Assembly: GCA_013239625.1 (NCBI GenBank)
Contig: MU053472.1
Coordinates: 1,691,236-1,755,235, forward strand
DNA: 64,000 nucleotides
Direction of reading: 5' to 3'
From: Lama guanicoe
Lineage: Eukaryota
Position numbers and translations under genes: made by a program. This document shows, piece after piece, positions 11,921-25,509 of the stretch (position 1 is its first letter; the number at the start of each line of letters is the position of its first letter). The notes under the pieces were generated by a model. It saw only the letters and a program-made list of their open reading frames with translations. It had not been told where the DNA came from and searched no databases.

Positions 11921-14149
11921 AGTAGTTAAGTTTCTTTTCTGTGTATGAAACTCTATACTTTAAATTTGTATGTTTATTTTACATACATTATATAGTAATG
12001 AAGGTTAATAAAATTTAAAAATTATTCTGGTATCTGACAAGAAATACATTCAGGCAACTGGAAAGATAAGAATACACATAGATATTTATCATTTTCCCCC
12101 ATGTGTGTTGGGTGAATAAACTGCTGAAAACATGAATGCTAGAATATTTATCCATTGGATACGGCCAAAGTTGTCCTCAGATAGCTAACAATTTCATGAT
12201 GCAAAGTCAAAGGAAGAAAGCAGTTATTTAAATAGAGATGTTAGGACATATACAAATTACAAACTTACAAAACAACTTATATAATAATAATCTGTACAAA
12301 TGTTGTTGGGGAAGTATAAAGTTCACAAGAATTAATACTAAAACATATATTTATTTTATGAGTGATACCAATCTGAATTCCCATAAAGATTTCTATTTGC
12401 CCCAGCATATTAGTGTTGATGTCTCTTTTTGGAGGAGAGTGTGAACAGCTGGTAATTTGTCTTTGAATTCATATATGTGCATGTGATAAAGAACCATACA
12501 GTTAGGTAGGTGTTATAAATAGGATATGGCAAAAAAGTCATACCTACTCATGTTTCCAAGATTTTACAGCCTATGCCCAGTGGAGGTTTGCTACTCTTTA
12601 ATTTTGCCTTTTGGGCTAACCAGCTGACGCCCAGTTGAAAAGACTTATGTTCTTATGAGGCCGCAAAAGCCTTAATGTTCAGTCTCCAGCACCCTCAGAT
12701 TTTGGAGAACGCCATGTACCATCAGCAGCTTTAGTCACCATCCTCTTTTGCTAACGCTCATCTATCAAACTTAAGGCTGAGAGTGAAGGATAGGAAGCTT
12801 CCAGATAAACATACAGCAGCGCCTAAACAGCTAATCACTCTAGGCTTCCGCTTCCAGGCCCTATAATTAGAAGCCCTTCTTTTCCTTGTGTTCCCAGATG
12901 ACGCAAATGCTTTTTGTGGCTTGGCACCTCATTTTGGGCGTGGGTTTAGTTTATGGCCAGGCTAGAGTCTGGTTTAGTCTTCTGATGCTGCATAAATAGT
13001 TCTCAAGCCACAGTCTACTCTGTACAAGTTTTTCCTTTTATGTATATCTGCTTTTTAACTTGTTTTCTAGAAAAAAAAAAGTTTTGTCATTTCTCCCAGC
13101 AGAATGTGTGCAAAAGAGGAAATTACAAATTAAAAGCAAGCACATGATTGGGATGGTGCTACGCTAGCTATTTCTCTAGTTTTTAAAACCTTAAAAAAAT
13201 TATTTTAAAGTTTTATCAAAAAATGTGAGCTTGTGGCTGAACTATAGAAGCCGCATTTGCATGGAGAAATAGAAAAAGAAAACTTTTGAGATAGGTTACA
13301 CAGAAGATAATAAGGATAAATTTTCAATGGGCTAATTCTCTAAAAATTTGAATGTGTTTTGCATATTAGAAGCATTGCAAAAAAGAGATATTAATATCCG
13401 TTTGAAACCTAGGAGCATGTTGAAAAGTTTTCGTCTGTGATTATCATTCATATGCAAAACAATGATATTCTTGATTTGGTTAATAGGGACTTTTATTTCA
13501 ATGCTCATTATGAGTAATATATTGACATGACTATGAAAGAAACCAGGTGAAGTTTATCTTCAGTAGATGAGTAATATGTTTTCCTATAAATATAAGTTTA
13601 TCCTATTTCTTTCTGAATGATATTTCCATTGAAGTGTTTGTCATGTGCAGAAAATAATTTTTTTGTGGGAATGTGGAATCAGAACATAGTAGTGGAATGG
13701 TGATAATTGTGATAAATATACCATAACTAAGCAAAAAGTAGGAGGAGTTAAGAAACACTGCCCACAAAAGACAACATGTCTAACCTTAGAAATTTATTGT
13801 TGGAGTAGCAACAACAATATGGAATGAATATAAAGTATGTCATTGACCTCATGACCACAGATAGGCACACAGTGGGAGGCAATGTTTTTAAATATGATTG
13901 TTTTAAAATCTAATGCAATGACTAGAGCTGCACCTTATATTAGCTAATAAATAGCAAACTGCAATATACTTCATCTTCGCATATGAATGGCCACTTTATT
14001 TTTCCATAAGTGCTTAATATTCTTTCATAATCTTTTCTTTCAACAAAGAAAAGTTTTAAGAATGAAAAAATATGCTTTTGCTTCTGTTTCCCACAGAAAA
14101 CAAATAGAAATCGTGGACAAATATAAACAAACACACAAAAATTTAAACA

Positions 14150-17140
14150 GAAAAAAAGCCAATATAGATAACTAAAGTTGGATATTTAAAATAGTGAAAT
14201 TATCCAAAAAAAGTGGGGGGGGGGGAAGGAAGCAAGAATAGATAAACGAACAAAAATAAAAAACAAGGATACAATCAGAAAAAAAAAAGATTTATATAAG
14301 TTCACCCCTAACCATAAGTTACACTAAATGTGAATGAACAACAAACAGCAATTAAAAGTTTTAGATTGGAATGACAAAACTCCTAATTGTTGTCTGAAAC
14401 AAAGTGATCTTATAGTATAATCATAGTGAACATGGAAGTAAAAGAATATAAAAGTATATTTCATTCATATACCAATCAAAACAAAGCTGTAGTGATGATA
14501 CCAATATCTGAAGTTGACTTCAGAACAAGGGAAATACCAGGGTTAAAATGGGACATTATGGTAAAAGAGGAAATTCATCAAGAACTCATAACAATTCTAA
14601 ATGTGTATGAACTTAAAAAAGTAGGTCTGAAATTTAGGGAGCTCATATAACTGGGAAAAAAAATATCCAAGTTATGCTTGTAGCTGTTAACTTCTACTCA
14701 GTAACAGAACAAGAGATCAGGCAACCAATAAGTAAGGATGTTGAAGATCCAAGTAACACTATCAGTGAACTTGAATTAATTGACACCAGTAGGACACAGA
14801 AAGTGTTCAAGTGTACATGGAACAATTACCAAGATATATCATTCTGAGACATAAAACAAGTTTTAACAAATTTCTTGTCATAATAGAATTAAACTAGAAA
14901 TCAATATATGAATGATACCTGGAAAGTACCCAAACATTTGGAAACTAAACAGCATATCTTAAAATAGCTCATGAGTAAAGAAAGTCTTTAGGTAACATTT
15001 AGAACTGAATGTAAAAGAAATTGCAGCCTATTAAAATTTGTGGAATTTATGTAAAGCAAGCCTACAGGGAAATTCATACAATATGCTTGCTCTGGGAAAA
15101 AAAAAAAGAGAAGAAAGTTCCTGACCCAGTAATCTAAGCTTCCACCTTAAGAAACTTGAAAAAGAAAGGAAAAAAGGGAAAGTAAGGATGATGAAAGAAA
15201 TAGTAGCAGAAGGCAGCAATACTGAAAGAAGGAAGATCAGAGAGATCAGTGAAATGGAAAAGAGAAAACCAGTGACACCAAAATGGTTTCCTTGAAAATA
15301 TCTATCCAGACTGACCAAGAGAAAAGAGAAAGGACAAAAATCTGTCCTTTCTTCTTCATATCCAGAATGAAAAAGTGGACATTACTAAAGACCCTGCAGA
15401 TATTGATAAGGACCATTTCTTTGAATTACAGAATGTGATTCCTTGAAGCATGAAAATTACATTTTACATTTCAAATTAACAAAATTTAAATTAGAGAGAA
15501 ATTAAATGACTAAAAATATCTAAAAATCTTCACACACACACACGAGTCCCGCATAGTTTTACTGGCAAATTCTACTGAACATTTCTTTTTTTTTTTTTTA
15601 ATTTAGACAGAACTTTTTTTTTTTACATTTTTTATTGATTCATAATCATTTTACAGTGTTGTGTCAAATTCCAGTGTTCAGCACAATTTTTCAGTTATTC
15701 ATGGACATATACACACTCATTGTCACATTTTTTTCTCTGTGATTTATCATAACATTTTGTGTATATTTCCCTGTGCTATACAGTGTAATCTTGTTTATCT
15801 ATTCTACAATTTTGAAACCCCAGTCTATCCCTTCCCACCCTCTACTGAACATTTCTTCTAGAAAGGAAGAATATAAAGAAAATTCCATAAGACCAGATTT
15901 ACCCTAATACCAAAAGAAATACATTATTAGAAAAGAAAAGTACAAACCAGTACCCTTCAGGAACACAGTCTTGAAAATCTTCAACAAAATATTAGCTAAT
16001 TCAATCTAGCAATGTATAGTGAAGGATTTTGACCAAGTGAAGTTTATCCCAGGAATGCAGGGCTTGTTCAACATTTGATAATTATTCGTTACTAAAATTC
16101 ACCATATTAATTGACTAAGGATGAAAAACCACATAATCATCTCATAGGTGCATAAAGCACTAGACAAAATTCAACATCTCTTCATTATAAAAACTCTCAA
16201 CAAATTAGGAGTAGAAAGGAACGCCCTTACCTTGATAGAGGGTATTGACAAAAAGTCTACAACTAGCGTCATATGTGAAGATTGAATACATTATCCTAGA
16301 ACTTGGAACCATGAATATTGCTTCTCAGCACTCCTGTTTACCTCAGCAAATGTAGTAAGTCAAAAAAGGAAGATCTTGAACTATGTCTGTGCATGTACTA
16401 CCTGATTATAAAAAAAATCCCTTTTGTTCTACATAAACCCCCCTAGAACTAGCAGAATATGTTGTCACTGTAAAAGAAATATCAATTATATCTCTATAGT
16501 ACAAGGAAAAATGAATAATTGATACAGAGTACCATTTCTAGTAGCTTTAAGAAAGTATATTTATAATCTGTATGCTGAATGAGGAGAAAAAAATCATAGA
16601 AGTCATACATCAAGAAAAAGGAGGTTTTCGTAGATCAGGAGACTCAATATTGTTAAGAAGTCTATTATCCTCACTGTAGACATTAAAAAGCTGAAAAGGC
16701 AAAGGAATTGGATAGCCAAAACAATCTTGAAGAAAGATCAGAAAATGAGGACTCACTTTACTTGATCTGAGAAATTTTCTATAAAGTTAAAGTAAATTAA
16801 GAAAGTGTGGTATTAGTGAATGTATGGACACAGAAATCAGTGCAATAGAATAGCACTTCCAGAAAAAGATACAAATGTGGCCAGTTGGTCTTTGGCAAGT
16901 TGACAGTGGATATAGAATAACAGATAAAGAATAGTTTCTTCAAGAAATCCTGCTGCAACAATTGGACATCATTTTCAAATAGTTATTTTGTGTGATAGCC
17001 CACACTTTACACACAAAAAAATTAACCCTGAGTGGATGATAGACCTAAATGTCAAACTATGAAATCTGTCAAGAAAACAGAAACTTTTTGTGATCTCCTG
17101 TTAGGCTCAGAGTTCTTAGCTATGGCATCTCAGCAAAATT
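14150..17140 (+). mobile_element. Old degenerate L1 ORF2 region (endonuclease to RT to C-terminal), many stops and frameshifts
   Basis: A-rich strand with ORF2 remnants, e.g. tttatcccaggaatgcagggcttgttcaac, aaaattcaacatc...ataaaaactctcaacaaattagga, atagccaaaacaatcttgaag. Confidence 0.85.
15588..15840 (-). mobile_element. Young camelid L1 3' end with two poly(A) tracts and a perfect 17-bp TSD
   Basis: TSD tctactgaacatttctt at 15571-15587 and 15841-15857. The body resembles the 4423-4724 element. Confidence 0.9.
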
Positions 17141-17602
17141 AGAAACTTGCTTTATGAAAGACACTATAGAGAATTTCAATAAATATTATGCCAGGGCAGA
17201 GACAAGCTTTAAACTGATGTGTTAAGGCATTACTAGTTGTGTAATAGATAAATTGGAACTTACAATTCAGGTTTTGAGAAATGGAAAACATGGAAGTGGG
17301 TTTTAATTCCGTGGAGAAAAGCCTTTCTTTCATTCTTTGTTACCAGATTTGCTATTTTAAAATACTTGTGAACTCTGTAAATTCAGGCATTTAAAACTTT
17401 TCTCTCCCAGATGTACGTGGAACATCATAAAACCTCTACCTGTAGAATGCTCACTATGCCTGTATCCTGATGTGGCGTTAAGGTTTTATATTCACACAGG
17501 GAAAACACCCAGTGTTTTAATTTTTTTAACTGTGAAGTTTCTTATATATTTGGTAATTTTTTCCCTTTGGTAATATTTTAAAGCATGATGAGTGCTTTGT
17601 GA

Positions 17603-17839
<237 letters not shown>

Positions 17840-18241
17840 TGACATCTAATCCAGCTGGTTATAAATAATCATATTGGAACTTAACATTAATGTTACTGAG
17901 ATCATGTTGTTCTTTTAGAGTGGGTCGGATAATTAAGCAAAAGTTCTTATCTTATTTTGACTTGGTAAATACATAAGCAATTGGTGAAACACTCAAATCA
18001 GTGCATTGGATAAGGCAGAAGTTCCATTTATCCTTCTCCTTCTACCCTAATACCATTTCTTGCCTCAGAGAAAACCCTGTTATCCATTTGATACCCATCT
18101 TTCTGGACATTTTCCTAGGCATTTTGATTCTATATACTTGCATACATACACATACCCACACATACGTGTAAATACATATATATTCACCTATACTGCAAAG
18201 TAATCGAGCTCTGTAAGGTATATAACTGTATGGATAATACT

Positions 18242-18430
18242 CAGTTGTACGCTGGAGCCAGCTCATAGTTACTAGTGAGAACCAGTTCTGCACGTCTGTC
18301 TCAGCTCTGCATAGTAGGGTGGAATCATCCACGGTCGGAGTGTTTACATAACGGAAATCAGCAAACAGTTCAAATCAGAGCTACTTTTTTCTTAGGGAGT
18401 CAGTTTTTAACATTTACCAGCACATCCCTG
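18242..18430 (+). mobile_element. hAT-Blackjack MER63-like non-autonomous transposon
   Basis: Terminal inverted repeats cagttgtacgctgg ... ccagcacatccctg; internal ggagtgtttacataacggaaatcagcaaac. Confidence 0.75.
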
Positions 18431-18779
18431 TGCACATAAGCACATACACACACGCACATACACACACAGACATATCCATATATAATTAAATGAATACTTG
18501 AATTAAGCACCCTGATAAATGCATTATGTGCATTTAATACTCTTAATATCACGTGGTAGATACTGCAATGTTAAAAATAGCGTTAAATCCCAAATATTCT
18601 GAGAGCCTGTGGTTATGCATTTACTGGTACAATACTGTATATAGCTTATTCTGAGAGAGAGCTCATTGACCCAACACCATTTATTGACTAGTCCATTCTT
18701 TCCCCGTGGTCTAACATGCTGTTTTTCATGACTTCCCATTAAAATTTTATGATAGAAGTCTCTTAATTGTATAGAAATC

Positions 18780-20180
18780 CATGATTTATAATGATACTTA
18801 AAAAGGAATCATTGGGCATTATTGTAGGTTGCTTTTTCCCTAACTCATTATTCTGAAAATTGATAATTAAAGGGAAAGTATCCAGCATTTACCCTGCTTT
18901 TCCTGTATCAGTTTAGTAAGATAACTAAGTAGTTGATGAGGGAATTTTTTTTTTAAATTGACAAATCCCAGTGTAAAAAAATGTTAGAATTTAGACTCAT
19001 TTTGATGATCATTTTGTAATAGATACAAATATTGAATCATTATTTTACATATTTGGAACTAATGTTGTATGTCCATTATGCCTCAATTTAATAAAAGGTA
19101 GAATTATAAGAATCACTGTGCTGCTACTCCTAGTAGAACAATGGACATCGGCAGTAGAACATCTGTGTTTGGTTTTAGCTGATGAGTCTTAACGTTATCA
19201 ATGTGGAACAGTCACGTATCATGTGCTTCCCAATATTATGTAAGAGGATGTATACAACATCATCTGTGAAATATTTCTGTCCAGCCCTCTAAATTAAACC
19301 TGAATCTAATTCAGCCTCTAGATATAATTAGCACTTTAAACAAAATACAGAGATAGAGGGACAAGTGAAATAGTACCGTGGGAGTACAACTAGCTGAATC
19401 TAAAATGTGGGAAATTCTTCGTTACAGAAACCAGGGTGTGTAGCAGGAGTAAAAGTAATTTTAGAGAATAATATCTAACTAGAAGGTGTGGACCTTGTTT
19501 GAATCCTGTTTCATAGAAATCAAGTATAAAAATCTATTTTTCATACAAATGGTGAGATTTGAAGATTTGGCTTAGTAAATACTATTAAGAAATTGAATGT
19601 CCTTATTTTTTGTGATGCATATAAAAGTATTTACAGATATGTGGAATTTGCTTTAAAATGATCTAGCAGGGAGTGTTGGTCAGTTGAAACAACAAATAAA
19701 TCACAGATAGGGATATGGTTATGTTGATGACAATTGTCTTAAGAGGCACACCAGCTAAATGCAATGTATGACCTTTGTTTGTAGCCTGATTTAAACAAGG
19801 TATAAAGAGTCACTTCTGAGACAGTTGGAGAAAATCGACCTTGAGCTGGGAATTATGTGAAACTAATCAGTTCATTTTGCTGCGTCTGTAACTGTGTTGT
19901 GGTTTGCTTTTGTTTTGTTTTGTTTTGTTTAAAAAATTTTTTTAAGTCCTAATCTACTGGCGTATATCCCAAAGTCATCCCGAAGTAGTTATGGGTGAAA
20001 CAATATGATATCTCTAGTTTGCTTTTGAATATTCTGGCAAAGCAAAACAAAGAGATAGGTCAAGCATAATATGCAAAGTGTTAATGATTATCCAAGCTCG
20101 GTGATGTTGATATTGGTGGTGCATTATAGCAATCTCTATACTTTGTGTATATTCAGAAATTTCTCTAATAGAAAGTAAAA
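18780..20180 (+). mobile_element. Ancient L1MC/ME 3'UTR fragments
   Basis: ccagcatttaccctgctttt, aaacctgaatctaattcagcctctagat, aactagaaggtgtggaccttgtttgaatcct, ctatactttgtgtatatt motifs. Confidence 0.6.
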
Positions 20181-20729
20181 GTCAAACACTACCTTTCACC
20201 AATATTACGCTGTTTTATGTATTTTAGTTGTATAGTCAGATTTATTTTTCATTTTCAAAAGCTTACCCAGCTATTGGGCATTTTCTCTTTGAAATACATT
20301 TTGGAGTAACTCTGTTGAATTATGTAAAGTTTATGTTGGAGTTTTTTTGTTTGGATTGTATTCAGATTACATTTTTATGCAGTTAGAATTCACATCATTA
20401 AATATAGAATTTTTGCATCTAGGAATTTATTACATTTTTAAATTAGTTGTTGCTGAGGTATGATGAACTATTTGTTGTTTTGCATCAAATTTGTATCTTC
20501 CTGCTTTGCTAGACTCTATTGTAAGATCCATTAGTTTTTCAGTAAAATTTTCTTAGATTTTGTTAGTAGAACATACTTTCTGACAATTCTGATAACTTCT
20601 GACTGTTTTAAATTTTATTTTTCTTATTACATTAGCTTGGAACTCTGAAACAATGTGTAACTGTAGAAGTGATAATTGTAATCTTTTCTTCGTTAATAGT
20701 ACTTTTCATTTATTTTTTTTACTTTCTTA

Positions 20730-21670
20730 TTTTGTGCTATTGCTAGTATCTGTTTTAACCCTAATACCATACTGTTTTCATTATCTTAGCTTGGTAATAT
20801 GGTTTGATATCAGGACGTATGATGCCTCCGACTTTGTTTTTCTTTGTCATGATTGTTTGATTGCTTTGGTTATTTGGGGTCTTTTGTGCTTGCTACAAAT
20901 TTTAGGATTATCTGTTCTAGTTTTGTGAAAAATGCTATTTGAATTTTGATAGCAGTTGCCTTGAATCTGCATATTGCTTTGGGTAGTATTAATTCATCTA
21001 ATTCATTAGCATGGAACATTTTTTCATTCATTTATGTCTTCAGTTTCGTCAATGTCTTATGGTTTTCAGTGCATAGATCTTTCACCTGTTTGGTTAACTT
21101 TTTTGACATATTTTATTATTTTTGATGCAATTATAAGTGGAATTTTTTTTCTTAATTTCTCTTTCTGATAGTTTGTTATTAGTGTATAGAAACACAACCG
21201 ATTTTTGTATGTTTGATTTTGTTTCCTGCAGCTTTACTGAATTGGTATATTGGTGGTAAGATTTTTTTTAGTGGCTTGTTGAGTGTTTTCTATATATAAG
21301 GTCATGTCATCTTCTAATAGAAACAGTTTTTTTTCTTCCATTCCAATTTGAATGCCTTTTAATCATTTATTGTTTTTTTTTTCTTGCCTAAGTCATCTGG
21401 CTAATACTTCTGGTACTATGTTTAATAAAAAAGGCAAGAGTGGGCACCCTTGTCTTGCTCCTGATCTTAGCCAAAGCTTTCAGCTTTTTACCATTGAGTA
21501 TGATGTTAGATGTGGGGTTGTCATATATGGCCTTTATTATGTTCAGGTCCATTCTCTATACCCACTTTATTGAGTTTTTATCATTAATGGATGTTGAATT
21601 TTCTCAAAAGCTTTTCTGCATGTATTGAGATAATCATACGATTTTTATCCTTTATTTTGTTAAAGTGGTG
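20730..21670 (-). mobile_element. L1 ORF2 (RT region) fragment, antisense
   Basis: T-rich strand with ttgaatctgcatattgctttgggtagta, gagtgggcacccttgtcttgctcctgatctt and ttcagctttttaccattgagtatgatgtta. Confidence 0.9.
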
Positions 21671-23059
21671 TGAATCTCAGTCAGCAACTAGATGCAGGCT
21701 GATTGGAAGCTGAACTCTTAGGCAGCAGCTTTTAAAGCATGCAGATTACTTCTTTCAGGAGAAGACTGGGAGAAGGATATTTTAGACTGCTGCCACTATG
21801 CTGTGCCCTGGGTGGATAGTGAGTTAAGAGAAGTCATTTAAAACTATGTAAATATCCCATTCCTTATCAAACTGTGTATTACTTCTTTTATTTACATATA
21901 TCATTCGATGTAATAAATTTCTATCTTATTAAGTGGGCTATATTCATCCAATAATTATTCTGATACTCAAAATATCCCAGGTTTTTGATACCTCTTTTGT
22001 ATTAGCATTATTTGTCATTGAATTTTCCTTTATATCCAGCCTAGAAATAGAGATCTTGATTAAGCTTCTTGGTGTCTCTAATCTGTAGAACAGTGCCCTG
22101 CACATAGATAAATGTTTGTGGGTACAAATGTTTGCTACTGCCAATGCCATTCCTATTTAACAGGTAGGAAAATCAAATAGACATTATTAAAATGAGTTTG
22201 TTCTATGTCACACCCTGTAATTTAGGAGACTGGAAATTTCTAAACATCAAACATCAAGATCTAAGGAAACTCAGTGACCGTAAAATTAATTTTTATAAGC
22301 TTCTACTGAAAGTGATCTTGAAGTGATGTATAAAATTTAACACTGATGATAAAATCTACATGGCACGTGATCTGTCTGTCTTTGAGTATTTTAAAGTCAT
22401 GTCATTCTGGAATCTTCCAGGAACTCTGAGGGTGCTTTAATCAGGCAAAGAAAAAAATCAAGTATGTGGATCTAATTATGTTGAATTAAGTTGTTTTGTG
22501 ATCTATGACTTGGAATATCCTCTGCATCTGACAGTAATTTTCCTCATAAAGTACATATGCAGTTAGGAAAATATTCCTCATTTTCATCTGTAAAGTCATA
22601 TGTAGTAAAACCTTACAATATTTTTTTAAAGTATACTTCTGTGATGTCTTACTCAAGCAGACACAAGTAGTTTTTGTACTTAACATGCCAATTTTGATAA
22701 ATTGTAAACAATTTTGAAACATCTGCACATCTGATAAGTATTACTTTTACTTTATCAGAGTAGTCCTGCAAAATGGTATGATCAGTATGTTTAATTCTGA
22801 AGGGGAAAAACGTTATTGATAGCATTCGATGGTCAATTCACGAAAAAACAGCCCATGGTACAGGAAAGGGGAGCCCAATTGGAGCCTAGTATGCTCCCTC
22901 TGTGGTGAGATATTTCTAAGAGTCCAGAGAGATGAAGATCGTAGTGTTCTCAGGACAGAGGTGAAAGCCACAGAGAGTGAACCCCTCAGATCTGCAGAGA
23001 AGTCTGAGACCAGGGGAAGAAGCACCATCGTACCAGTGAGGAAGAAGTAGAACTGTTCA

Positions 23060-23930
23060 TTTAAAGATGACATGATTATCCATGTAGAACATCTAATGGG
23101 ATTCTACCCAAAAAGTTCGAACTGATAAGTGATTTTAACAGGCCTTCAGGGTATGACGTACTAGCAACAAACAGTTGGTAATTGATAGTTTTTAAAAAAT
23201 TAATTAAAATTTAAAAATAGTAACCAGTGTATAAGACTGTACTCTGAAAACTATAAAACCTTGCTGGGAGTAAAGATGTAACTAAATGGAGTATTAAACC
23301 GTATTCTTGGGCTGGAGTACTTAATACTGTTAGCATATCATTTCTCTTCAAATTGATCTGTATAATCAATACAATCTCCATTGAAATCCCGGCAGGACTT
23401 TGAAAATTTGGGGGTAGAAATTGACAAGCTAATTCTCAAATTCATATGGAAGTACATAGGATTTATATTGGGCAAATAATATTGAAAAAGAAAAAGTTGG
23501 ATGGCTATCACTACCTGATATTAAGACTATTAAAGCTACAGTGACTTTCAGGAACACTCCCATCTGTATGTACAGTTGATTTTTGACAAAGGTGCAAAAT
23601 AGAGGAAAGTTACTCTTTTCAACAATGGTAATGGACCAACTGGGCATTTATATAAAAAAATCAATCCATATCTCATCCCATATACAAAAATTAACTCAAA
23701 TTGGATCATAGTTTCAAGTATAAAATCCACTGTTCTGAAGCCTTGAGAAGACAACATAGGAGAAACCCTTTCGGTTAGATACAAGTTGTCTGGTATTTAC
23801 AGCACATTTTAAGGAACTCTCCAAAAGTCAGTGAGTGGAGGAACTGGATCTTCCATACGTTGCTGTTGGGGATGTAAAATGGTGCAGCTGCTCTGGAAAA
23901 TAGTTTGGCAGTTTCTTAAAATCCTAACAG
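23060..23930 (+). mobile_element. Old L1 ORF2 C-terminal fragment
   Basis: gaaattgacaagctaattctcaaattcatatgg, ttgatttttgacaaaggtgc, catatacaaaaattaactcaaa, ctggaaaatagtttggcagtttctt. Confidence 0.8.
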
Positions 23931-24014
23931 GCGCTTACTCTGCCACTCGGCAACCTTGGTTCCAGGCCGTCCACAACATAAAATTCACATTGTTCTGGAT
24001 GATGTACAAATTTA

Positions 24015-24712
24015 CTGCACATTTCTTTCTGGTGGTTGTTGTAACAAATTACCGTGAACTCGGGGGCTTAAAATAACAAATTTATTTTCTCACAGTTCTG
24101 GAGGCCAAAAGTCCGAAATCAAGGTGTTGGCAAGGCTACCCTTGCTTCAGAGTTCTAACAAAGAACCTATTCGTTGCGCTTTCCAACTTCTGGTGACTCT
24201 CAGCATTTCTTGCCTTATGGACACATCACTCCAGTATCTGCCTCTGTGGTCTCATTTCCCCTTTGTCTATGTCTTCTCGTCTTCCATGGATCTTATAAGG
24301 GCACATGTGATTCCATTTAGTGTCAACACTGACAATCCAGGATAACCTCTCCAGATGTAGAAATTAATCACATATTTTGTTATATAAGGTAATAGTTACT
24401 CCTTTGGCGTATAATGTACCATATGTAGGTCCTAGGGATTAGGAACTTGATGTGTGTTTTTTTGAGCCACTGTTTACTTCACTGCAGTCCACCCCTCAAA
24501 TTCAGGATCCCTTCATGTGCAAAATACATTAACCCCATTCAGATATCCCTGAAGGTCTCAACACGTTACAACATGAACTCTAACTCTAAAATGTCTGTTT
24601 AAAATGTCATCAGCCCCAAAGTTCCAATCTCTTCATCAAAATCATACAAATCAGGTATGGTTGAGACCCTGTATATGATACATCCTGGAGTAAAGTTGTT
24701 CCCCATCTGTGT
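24015..24712 (-). mobile_element. MLT1 LTR plus adjoining MaLR internal fragment
   Basis: gtaacaaattacc...ctcacagttctggaggccaaaagtccgaaatcaaggtgttggcaagg LTR, then catgtgcaaaatacatt...aaatcaggtatggttgagac internal sequence. Confidence 0.8.
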
Positions 24713-24714
24713 AG

Positions 24715-25500
24715 AAGGAGAGGATATAGAGAGAATGAGGCAGGAAAAAAAAAAGTATGAAGAAATAAAGTTGGAAAACTTTCCAAATTTGTTTAAAGAC
24801 ATTTGTTTAAATATTCAAAAATATTAAAATTATAACATTTCTATATAAGAAATTTTAACATTTTCTGGGGGTTATATTTGTGTACATGTAATGCATTTAA
24901 TAACTATAGCATAATGGACCATTGGTGCTTGGGTGACAGCAGGTATATGGAGCTATTTTAAGGTTCAATGTGCTATACCAAAAAAGACAAGACTTCATTT
25001 AAAATGGAACTCTACAAAATGTTCAATTAATTTAAAAGTAAAGGCAGAAAAGAAAAACAAGAGGCACACGAAACAGCAGAGAGAAACAGAAAATAAAATT
25101 AAATGGTACACCGAAAGTCAACCATATAAATAATTATATTAAATATTAGTGTATTCTAATCTGAAGAACTCCAGACTGAAGGAACAAATTACCTGTTAAC
25201 GATTCACTCTGGATATAGAGATATTCGTATGAGGATAGTGAAAGTATCTGAAAAGATTTGTTACGCAAATAATAAACATAAGAACGTTGAAAATTTGGCT
25301 ATATTAGTGTCAAGTGAGATAAAAGTTAAGACAAAGCCTGTTATCAGAGATATTTCATAATGTTCAGGAGTCAAACGTCAGGGAGATTAAAATGTATATG
25401 CACCTAAAACAGTTTAATAACACTTTCTCAGCATTTGATAGAACAAATAAGGGGGAAAAAAAGGGCAAATATCTGAGCAGCCCTGTCAGTGATATTGTCC
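24715..25500 (+). mobile_element. Ancient L1M ORF1/inter-ORF/ORF2 start fragments
   Basis: gaagaaataaagttggaaaactttccaaatttg and ggctatattagtgtcaagtgagataaaagttaagacaaa motifs. Confidence 0.6.
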
Positions 25501-25509
25501 TAAGAGATG

